From Rebecca billardiae RCC1528 (taxonomy: Eukaryota; Protista; Haptophyta): a stretch of 64,000 nt of DNA. Of the stretch, positions 33,701 through 43,000 are shown piece by piece. The translations under genes were made by a program, and so were the position numbers. Location of the stretch: NCBI GenBank assembly GCA_965240325.2, contig OZ251231.1, positions 1,736,001 to 1,800,000 on the forward strand, given 5' to 3'. Position 1 is the stretch's first letter. The number at the start of each line of letters is the position of its first letter. The notes below the pieces were generated by a model. That model did no database searches. It saw only the letters and a program-made list of their open reading frames with translations, and was not told the origin of the DNA.

Positions 33701-36690
33701 GCGGCCGTGCGCGCGCGCGCCTTCCGCCCGTGCGCCGCGCTTGGCGCCGCAGACGGAGCGAGAGGCGTGCGAGACGGACCTGGCGGAGAGGCTGGGCGAC
33801 CTGGACGTGCCGCCGGGCACGGCGCGCCTCTCTGCCGCGCAGCTGTCCGCGCTGCAGCAGGTGCGTGCGGTGGGGCGCGCTGCCGCTGCCGGCCCCTGCC
33901 GCGCGCGCGCCCAGGGCGTGCGTGTGCGCGCGGCGGGGTCCAGTGCGCGAAGGCTGGCCGCGCGCACGCCGCGCACACAGCGGCTGTCCCACGCCCAACG
34001 CCCACCGCCCCCACCGCCCGGCTCATGCGCGCGTTTGCCTGCTGCCCTCTGCGCACGCCGCTGTCTGACTGGCTGACTGACTGGCTGTCTGACTGGCTGA
34101 CTGACTGGCTGACTGACTGGCTGACTGACTGGCTGACTGACTGGCTGACGGACTGGCTGGCGGGCTGGCTGGCTGTCAGGCGATGCGCGAGGAGCAGGAG
34201 AGCTTCGCGAACGCAGACGCCTTCCACGCGGCGCAGGCGAGGGTGCGCTCTGACCTCGAGGTGTGTGCGTGTGCGTGTGTGCGTGTGTGCGCGTGTGCGT
34301 GTGCGCGTGTGTGCGCGTGTGCGTGTGCGCGTGTGTGTGCATGTGCGTGCCCGCGCGTGTGTGCGCGTGTGCGCGTGTGCGTGTGCGTGTGCATGCGTGC
34401 CCTTGCGTGCGTGCGCACGGTGCTCTCGCCGTCTCTGCATCGCTCGCGGCGCGACATCACGCGCGCCGTGCGAGTGACCCAAGCCTTGCTGCCGCGCGCT
34501 GCGCCGTGAGCGATGTGCGCGCCTCGATGCTGCGCTGCCGTGCCGTGCCGTGCTGTGCCGCGCTTGGCGTCGCGCTGCGGGCGCGCGGGCGGAGCGCGTG
34601 CTGAGACGCGGAGGGCACGCGCCGCGCCTCGCGCTCCCTCGCTCGCCCCCGCCGCGCAGGCGGCTGTGCAGGCGGCGATGGCGGGGCGCGCGCTCGCGCC
34701 ACCCGCCGCACCCGCGCAGCGGCCGCAGCCCTCGGCGCCGGCGCCGGCGCGCGCGGCCGTGTCGGCTGCGCCGAGGCCGGCCGCAGCAGCGGAGCAGGTG
34801 GCGGCCCCAAGCAGCGGCGCGGCGCCGGCGCCGCGCGCGGCCGGCACGGCGCAGCTGCCTCAGGCGAGCGGACCGCCGCCCAGCTCGGCGCAGTCAACGC
34901 CATCGCTGCGGCCGGCCGCGCCGCCGCCCGGCGACGGCGCCGCGCACGGCGCACGTGAACTGGAGCTGCCACCGAGCCGCTCCGACCCAGCACTCAGCCA
35001 GGCGCTGGGGAGTGCGTTTGGGGCGGGCGGCGCGGCGGGCGCGAGGGCGGCGCTCGAGGACGGCTCTCAGCGGCTGGCGTCGCCTGGCGCGACCGCGCCG
35101 TCCGTTGCATCGCCCGCGCTCGCCTCCGCCCGCGCCGCGCCTGAGCCATCGCGCGGCGGCGGTGGCGGCGGTGGCGTTGGCGGCGGGGCGGTGCTCGGGC
35201 CCCTGGAAGATGAGGCTGACGACGACGACGACGACGCCCACGACGACGATGCTCGCGCAGCCCTCCCGCGCGCGAGCGGCGCGAGCGGCGGCGCCGCGCC
35301 CGCGCGCGCCGAGCCCGACGCGGACGCCTTCCTGGGCGGCGCGCGCGGCGCAGACGAGCACGGAAAGCCGCCGAGCGTCGGGAGCGCCAACACGTCCCGA
35401 CCGATCGGGGGCTCTGTGCCGGCGTCCGGCTTGGCTCTGCGCGCGCGCGCCGGGAGTGGCGGCAGCAGCGCGGACGCGGAGGCGGACGCGCCGCCCGCGC
35501 GCTCGGCTGCGGCGACGCCAAGCCCGCGCGGCTCGCCCGCGCTGCCGCCGGCGGCGGGCGCGGCGCTGTCCGACTGTGCAACTCTGCCGGCCGCGCGCTC
35601 GGCGGCCGCGACACCCAGCTCGCTCGCGTCGCCGGCGGTGCCGCCGGCGGCGGGCGCGGCGAGCATGCCAGCCGTGGCGCTCGGCGCGGCCGCGGCCGCC
35701 GCGCCCGCCACCGCGGGCGCGCGCAGAGCGAGGGCGCCCAGCCCGCCGCAGAGCGACAGCGACGCGGACTCGGAGCCGCGGCCGCGCGGCCGCGCGGCCG
35801 GCCAGCCGCCAGACTTCTCAGACGACGACTTGGACTCCGAGCCCGAAGGCGGCGCGGAGGACCTCGCGGCGCCGAGCGGGTACCAGCCCTCGTCCGCGCC
35901 GGCCGCGCGCGCGCCGCCGACCGCCTCCTCCTCGGCGAGCAGCCTGGGGCGGCAGACGGCCGGCTCGGCGGCGGCGGCGGGCGGGCGGCTGTCCTCGGCC
36001 GCGCCCACGCCCGCGCACGTTCTCCCCCTCACGCCCGTCTCGGCGGACACGCCGATCGCGCCCGCGCGCGGCGCGGAGGGCGCGCGCTCGGCAGCGCACG
36101 CCGCGCCGCCCGCCCTCTCCGGCCGCGCTGCGGGCTGCACGACCTCCGCCTCCGCCGCGTCGCTGGGCGTGCAGTCGATCGGCTCACACGGCTCGCAGCT
36201 GGGCGACGAGCTCCCTACGCCGCCGCGCAGGCTCGTGCAGCCGACCACGCCGCCGCGCTCGGGCGAGCGCGGCGCGGCCGGCGGGCTTGGCGCGGCCGGC
36301 GCGGCGCCCGCGTCGGCGCTGCCGCCACGCCCGACCACGGCGCGCGGCGACGCGGCCGGCGCGGCGCCCGCGTCGGCGCTGCCGCCACGCCCGACCACGG
36401 CGCGTGGCGATGGCGCCGCGCTGCCGCCACGCCCGACCACGGCCCGAGGCGCCGCCGCCGCGCCGCCGCCGCCGTCTGAGCGGCCGACCACGGCCAACCC
36501 GCGAGGGCCAGGCGCCGACGCCGCGCCGGCGCGCCCGGCGTCTGCGGGCGCGCCGCCGAGCCAGCCGGCCGCAGGCGCACCCCCCGCCGCGGGCGCGGCG
36601 GCGGGCGCCGCAGGCGGCGACGGTGCGGCGGCCGACGACGCCATGGTGATCGAGGAGCTGAGCGACTTTGAAGACGACTTTGACTTCTAG
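30725..36690 (+). CDS. DZIP1: DZIP1/Iguana-like ciliary zinc-finger protein (~1664 aa); exons 30725-33499, 33753-33860, 34180-34260, 34660-36690
   Basis: FRFQERRGRLDWRRLAKLDVERIARETDIDAL...FVRLFRTSQLLIEYLLHVQ (Dzip-like N domain), C2H2 finger CAVCHKLFLSDEFLSAHIERRH, coiled coil. Three phase-0 introns join the ORFs; the low-complexity C-terminal model is less certain. Confidence 0.82.
34061..34179 (+). repeat. Intronic (CTGA/CTGG)n repeat ending at a splice acceptor
   Basis: Units of CTGACTGACTGG running up to TGTCAG at 34179. Confidence 0.9.
34261..34417 (+). repeat. Intronic alternating purine-pyrimidine (GT/GC)n tract starting at a splice donor
   Basis: GTGTGTGCGTGTGCGTGTGT... read directly. 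Confidence 0.9.
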
Positions 36691-37296
36691 GCACGAGGCA
36701 CGAGGCAGCGCGCCGCGCGCCGGTCGAGGACGATGGCGCGGTGCGCGTGTGGAGCAGTGCGTGTGAGCGAGCACGTCTGCAGCCGCGCGGAGAACGCCCG
36801 GCGCCGCCCTGGCAGCCCGCCAATACCGCAATACTCTCGGGAGCAGGCTGCGGGCCGCGGCGACTGCGAGGCGGAGCGGCGACGGAGTCGATTTGTCGAA
36901 CAATGAGCACGCCTACGAGTACGACGATCATCACGAATCAGAGACTGAGACTCACGACCGCCCGGCTGCTACAATGATCGTCGTCGCGATCGTCAGCAGC
37001 AGCATGGCAGTGCGCGACGACGCATATTATGGCGACCCTTAAAAATATATATATATATATATTTCACACGGTAGGCCGTACAGTCCGTACACCGCCCGTA
37101 CAGTCGTTGCCCCCGCTATGTACGACGACGACGCATAATTCGTCACGACCGCGTCACTTCGTCGTCGTCTCATCATCCGCCATGCATCGGCATCGGGCAT
37201 CGGCATCATCGATGATCAACATATCGTGATATCATCATATGCTTATTATTCATCATGATGGTCGCGATCATATCAACACTGCGCTGTCATCACTCA

Positions 37297-38628
37297 TCAG
37301 TGCGCCGCCAGGAGCACGGCGAGGAGCAGGCCCACGCCCGCGAGCAGCCCGACGAGCCCGGCGAAGAAGAGCGGGTTGTCGAAGAGCATGCTCTCCACCA
37401 GCGTGCGCGCGATCACGAGCATCACCGCCACCATGCCGAGCGCGGTCTGCCACACGTCCGCGCGGTACGCGCCCACGACCGCGTGCGTCGAGAGGCACAC
37501 GAGCAGCGAGAGGAAGTGGCGCTCGAGGCGCGAGGGCTGGTCGGCGCAGCGCCCGCGGCTGCCGGGCTGCGCGCCGCTGCACGCCTCGGGGAACCACAGC
37601 GCGCGCCACAGCGCGAGGCCCGCCAGCCAGAAGTTGAGCTGGTGAAGAAGTTTCTCGGCATCTTCCATAGGCAGCGTGAGGCTCTGCACAGGCGACACGG
37701 ACGCATCCGGCGCGGCGCCGCCCGCGGACCGGCGGCGCGAGGGCGGGAGCAAGCGCAGCGCGAGCTCGACGGCGCTGGTCGAGGTCGCGACGAGCGCGAA
37801 GCCGAGCGCGGGCGCGCGCGAGAACGTCCACGTGCCCAGGCACGCCGTCGCCCAGCCCGCCTGCGCGAGCAGCGACAGCTGCACAACAAGCTCCACTCCC
37901 GGGGGCTCGGCGCCGCCACCGCGGCGCGCGTGCGCGAGGGCGAGGATGGCGGCGAGCGAGGTGGCGCCCGCGGCGAAGCAGCAGCCCGAGACCACCGAGA
38001 CGAGCATGCTGTCCGACAGGCTGCGCACCAGCCGCAGCACGTGCACGTACTGCGCGCCGAGGAACGCGCAGAACGGCACGACCACGTGCGCGCCGATCGG
38101 CGCGCGCGCCGCGCGCTGCAGCGCGGCGAGGGCGGCGCTGCCGACGACGGCGGCGAGCTCGAGCAGGTAGTACTGCTTCGCCGCGGGCGAGAGCGCCGTG
38201 AGCGCCCACGAAGCCCAGCCCGCCGCGCACAGGCTCGCCGCCTGCATGCACGCTGAGAGGACGCCCAGCACCGCGCGGCCCGACGCGCGCGACACGTCGT
38301 GCACGATGCGCTCGAGCGCGAGGAGCGCAGCCAGCACGGCGCCGGCCGAGATCGCGCGGCGGTGCGTCCCGGGCATCGTCCGAGGCAGCGCGCCGAAGAT
38401 CACAAGCGCGAACGAGCTCGACGCCATCGCGATCGCCAGGTAGACCGCGACGACGACAGGCAGCGATGGCGCTGCCGAGGGCGCGCGCTCGTGTCGGGCC
38501 GCCGCGGCGGCGGAAGCGAGCGTGCTCGCGCCCGGGACGGTGGAGGGTGACGACCCCGAGCGGTGCAGCGCGGGGGGGCGCACCTCCGAGCCGGCGAGCA
38601 CCGCGAGCACGCACGCCGCGGCGAGCAT
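37297..38628 (-). CDS. Hypothetical multi-pass membrane protein (~443 aa)
   Basis: GCCATG start, signal-like N-terminus, many hydrophobic segments, high GC3; no family recognised. Confidence 0.6.
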   Translation of the reverse strand: MLAAACVLAVLAGSEVRPPALHRSGSSPSTVPGASTLASAAAAARHERAPSAAPSLPVVVAVYLAIAMASSSFALVIFGALPRTMPGTHRRAISAGAVLAALLALERIVHDVSRASGRAVLGVLSACMQAASLCAAGWASWALTALSPAAKQYYLLELAAVVGSAALAALQRAARAPIGAHVVVPFCAFLGAQYVHVLRLVRSLSDSMLVSVVSGCCFAAGATSLAAILALAHARRGGGAEPPGVELVVQLSLLAQAGWATACLGTWTFSRAPALGFALVATSTSAVELALRLLPPSRRRSAGGAAPDASVSPVQSLTLPMEDAEKLLHQLNFWLAGLALWRALWFPEACSGAQPGSRGRCADQPSRLERHFLSLLVCLSTHAVVGAYRADVWQTALGMVAVMLVIARTLVESMLFDNPLFFAGLVGLLAGVGLLLAVLLAAH

Positions 38629-38805
38629 GGCGGCGCGCGCGGCGATCGTTCGCGGTCCCGATCGGCGCTGCTCCGGTGCGTGGGCGATCGGCCGATCGCA
38701 ACCGGCAAATACACCGCCCAAATAAACTGTGGCCAAGGGCCGTACTGTGGCTACGCTCCTGCGAGGGCCGCTCCTGGTGACGTGATCGTTCCACAGCTGG
38801 CCGGC

Positions 38806-39897
38806 ATGGTGGCCGGGCGCAAGTGCGATGAGGCTGGCTGTGTGACGCAACCATTCTTTGGCATGCCGGGTGCTGCGCGCGGCAGCCGGTGCGCCGCGCA
38901 CAAGCTGGCCGGCATGATCGACATGGTGAGCTGCAGGTGCGATGAGGCTGACTGCACAAAGAGGCCATCATTCGGCATGCCGGGTGCTGCGCGCGGCAGC
39001 CGGTGCGCCGCGCACAAGCTGGCCGGCATGGTCGACGTGGTGAGCCGCAAGTGCGATGAGGCTGGCTGCACAACGTGGCCAGCCTTTGGCATGCCGGGTG
39101 CTGCGCGCGGCAGCCGGTGCGCGGCGCACAAGCTGGCCGGCATGGTCGACGTGGTGAGCCGCAAGTGCGATGAGGCTGGCTGCACAACGTGGCCAGCCTT
39201 TGGCATGCCGGGTGCTGCGCGCGGCAGCCGGTGCGCCGCGCACAAGCTGGCCGGCATGGTCGACGTGGTGGTCCGCAAGTGCGATGAGGCTGACTGCACA
39301 AAGAGGCCATCATTTGGCATGCCGGGTGCTGTGCGCGGCAGCCGGTGCGCCGCGCACAAGCTGGCCGGCATGGTCGACGTGGTGAACCGCAGGTGCGATG
39401 AGGCTGGCTGCACAAAGAAGCCATCCTTTGGCATGCCGGGTGACGCGCGCGGCAGCCGGTGTGCAGCGCACAAGCTCACAGGCATGCTTTCGCTGTCGCA
39501 TGGCAACAAGGGCGTTCACATGGCCAAATGCTCTGCCTCAACGATGCCCACCCAGATCGGGCCCAGCAAGCGCCCCCGCGCACAGCACTGCGATGCCGAT
39601 GGACCGACACGCGCTGCGCGTGCAAGGACCAGCGTTGGCCGGCTTCCTGCCAATGCAACGGCGGCTGAGCTAGAAGTCGAGCCGACTTTGTTTCCAATGC
39701 TACCCATTGTCGTGGCCATGGGCGGCGAAGAATTCATCCCCTCGGCCTCTGCTGGTTTGATGCCGCCGCCATTGTCTGCGGTGGAGGGGCCAGTGTCACA
39801 GGTGCTCCCGGCGCTGCCGGAGGTGGAGCTCCCTGTGGTTACTGCTGGGCAGATCGAGTTTCGGCTATTTTCCGCCGCCGGCGGTAGCTCTGAGTAA
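38806..39897 (+). CDS. EsV-1-7 cysteine-rich repeat protein (6 repeats of 38 aa)
   Basis: Six 114-bp units C-x4-C...P.FGMPG....RC..HK..GMVDVV, the EsV-1-7 motif pattern. 5' end uncertain: CCACAG just upstream could be an acceptor. Confidence 0.75.
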   Translation: MVAGRKCDEAGCVTQPFFGMPGAARGSRCAAHKLAGMIDMVSCRCDEADCTKRPSFGMPGAARGSRCAAHKLAGMVDVVSRKCDEAGCTTWPAFGMPGAARGSRCAAHKLAGMVDVVSRKCDEAGCTTWPAFGMPGAARGSRCAAHKLAGMVDVVVRKCDEADCTKRPSFGMPGAVRGSRCAAHKLAGMVDVVNRRCDEAGCTKKPSFGMPGDARGSRCAAHKLTGMLSLSHGNKGVHMAKCSASTMPTQIGPSKRPRAQHCDADGPTRAARARTSVGRLPANATAAELEVEPTLFPMLPIVVAMGGEEFIPSASAGLMPPPLSAVEGPVSQVLPALPEVELPVVTAGQIEFRLFSAAGGSSE

Positions 39898-40050
39898 CTA
39901 CACGCCTGGATCGACAGTTGATTAAGTGATTGGCGGATGAGCTATCGACGTGTCGTCATCATGAAGTGATCATGATCCACCACCGACGACTGCGCGCTGC
40001 TTGAATCGGCTCGGGATGCTGACAGCAGGATGATAATCGCATATATATAT

Positions 40051-43000
40051 GGCGGGCCGTAGGTCCGCCCCTTGTAGTGCCCGGGAAAAAGATAAGAAAA
40101 AGAAAAAGAAAAAGAAACTCAAGAAAAGAAAATCGCTTCGCTCACTACCGGGCGCCCTCGCAGCTCCCACTGGGGACGCTCGGCCGAAAAAGGGTTGCCC
40201 ATGGCGCGGAGCGCATGGGCGGCGCGCGTCAAATCCAACGCCGGCGTGGACATCGCGCGAGGATCCCTAGACGGGTTTTCGCCTGATTCGCGTTTGCTGC
40301 CCTCGTCGTCTCGCGTGCAGGTCGAACGGGGGCTAAATCGACACGTTTGGAGCGGTACGCTCGGCGCGTCGACACGATCGCGCGACCTGGGGCGATCCTC
40401 GCCCGACGTGCACGTCGAAAGCTCGCACCGGCCATAGCATCATGCGCTGCGCACGATGACCGCCTCGCGCGATCCACCGTCGCGCGTCGGGCTCGGTGCG
40501 AGAAAGCCCTCATCACGAGGCGTCTCGCGGGCGGGAAGCGCCATCGCACGCGACGCAAGGCCTTCTGAACTCGATCGCCGGAATCCGCGCACCGGACTCA
40601 GTCATTGCTCGCGGTCCGGTCCCTCAGCCGAAGCCCACGTCCGGCCTGCATGGCGTCGACGGTGACCAATGCGACGGAAGCGCAGCGCCAACGGCGTACG
40701 ACGCGCAGCGGACGCACCTCCCGGGTCTGTCGCCGTGGCAGCAACCGCGTCATCGCGAGTTGGCGACCCTCGCCGCAGCGCGACACAGACAAGCCCGTGA
40801 TGCCATCCGCAGAGCGATGAAACGTCGAGCATGCAACATCGACGCGCCATGGCCTCGTCCATGGCGCAGGCGCTGCGGGACGAGGCGGAAGTCGTCACGC
40901 CGGTGACGGATGCGCTGCGATTCGTGTGCTCGCGTGAGCAGCGCTTGCCCATTCTCGATCGCGAGTGCACACGCTGTCGCTGTGCGCGCGCGCGTGCACG
41001 ACCAACAGCTCCTCGTGCCGCCGAGCACGTGAGCGCCAGACCTGTCGAAGATGCGAAGAGCGACGACCGCGTGAACGTCAACGCGCTCGTGCTCAGCGTG
41101 GTGGCCGTGTACGACGTCAACGCGACGTGCGCCGAGCCCACGGCGGCGAGGCGCTCGATTACGCCATCGCGGTCGATATGCGGCACATACAACGCGTACC
41201 CGCGCTCGCGCGGAGCAACGGGCTACCCGCCCCGCCCCGCGTGCTGCACATTCCCTCTTGGGTGTGGGCCTTGCTGATGCGCATACAATACTCTAAGAGT
41301 ACAGACCGTGAAACGTGTGTACATCACGTCGGGGAGCCAACTTCACGTGTCACTGGTCCTTGCACTCGACTGTCCGTCACCCACGGCCACGAGCGAATGT
41401 TTATGTGGAAAGACGCGAACCCGCAAAGGCTACATTGCGACAGCACTGGCACGGCCCGCCGACCCCCCCGCCCGCCAGGGCACAGTTTATATTATTCAAA
41501 CAGACTCGGCTCCAGCGCTCCGGTTGACCCCCCTATTAAGCTCCGTTATGGCGGGCCGTAGGCCCGCCCCTGCGGGCCGTAGGTCCGCCCCTTGTAGTGC
41601 CCGGGAAAAAGATAAGAAAAAGAAAAGGAAAAAAGAAAATCGCCTCGCAGAGAAAAGAAAATCGCCTCGCTCACTACCGGGCGCCCTCGCAGCTCCCACT
41701 GGGGACGCTGGGCCGAAAAGTGGTTCGCCCATGGCGCGGAGCGCATAGGCGGCGCGCGCCAAATCCAACGCCGGCGTGGACATCGCGCGAGGATTCCCTA
41801 GACGGGTTTTCGCCCGATTCGCGTTTGCTGCCCTCGTCGTCTCGCGTGCAGGTCGAACGGGGACTAAATCGACACGTTTGGAGCGGTACGCTCGGCGCGT
41901 CGACACGATCGCGCGACCTGGGGCGATCCTCGCCCGACGTGCACGTCGAAAGCTCGCACCGGCCATAGCATCATGCGCTGCGCACGATGACCGCCTCGCG
42001 CGATCCACCGTCGCGCGTCGGGCTCGGTGCGAGAAAGCCCTCATCACGAGGCGTCTCGCGGGCGGGAAGCGCCATCGCACGCGACGCAAGGCCTTCTGAA
42101 CTCGATCGCCGGAATCCGCGCACCGGACTCAGTCATTGCTCGCGGTCCGGTCCCTCAGCCGAAGCCCACGTCCGGCCTGCATGGCGTCGACGGTGACCAA
42201 TGCGACGGAAGCGCAGCGCCAACGGCGTACGACGCGCAGCGGACGCACCTCCCGGGTCTGTCGCCGTGGCAGCAACCGCGTCGTCGCGAGTTGGCGACCC
42301 TCGCCGCAGCGCGACACAGACAAGCCCGTGATGCCATCCGCAGAGAGATGAAACGTCGAGCATGCAACATCGCCGCGCCATGGCCTCGTCCATGGCGCAG
42401 GCGCTGCGGGACGAGGCGGAAGTCGTCACGCCGGTGACGGATGCGCTGCGATTCGTGTGCTCGCGTGAGCAGCGCTTGCCCACTCTCGATCGCGAGTGCA
42501 CACGCTGTCGCTGTGCGCGCGCGCGCGCACAACCAACAGCTCCTCGTGCCGCCGAGCACGCGAGCGCCAGACCTGTCGAAGATGCGAAGAGCGACGACCG
42601 CGTGAACGTCAACGCGCTCGTGCTCAGCGTGGTGGCCGTGTACGACGTCAACGCGACCTGCGCCGAGCCCACGGCGGCGAGGCGCTCGATTACGCCATCG
42701 CGGTCGATATGCGGCACATACAGCGCGTACCCGCGCTCGCGCGGAGCAACGGGCTACCCGCCCCGCCCCGCGTGCTGCACATTCCCTCGTGGGTGTGGGC
42801 CTCGCTGATGCGCATACAATACTCTAAGAGTACAGACCGTGAAACGTGTGTGCATCACGTCGGGGAGCCAACTTCACGTGTCACTGGTCCTTGCACTCGA
42901 CTGTCCGTCACCCACGGCCACGAGCGAATGTGAAAAGACGCGAACCCGCAAAGGCTACATTGCGACAGCACTGGCACGGCCCGCCGACCCCCCCGCCCGC

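Noticed and set aside
26922-36690. Ciliary gene cluster (FAM166-like, DZIP1-like)
   Set aside because: Only two genes, one weakly assigned, with an unrelated gene between them; expected by chance in a flagellate.
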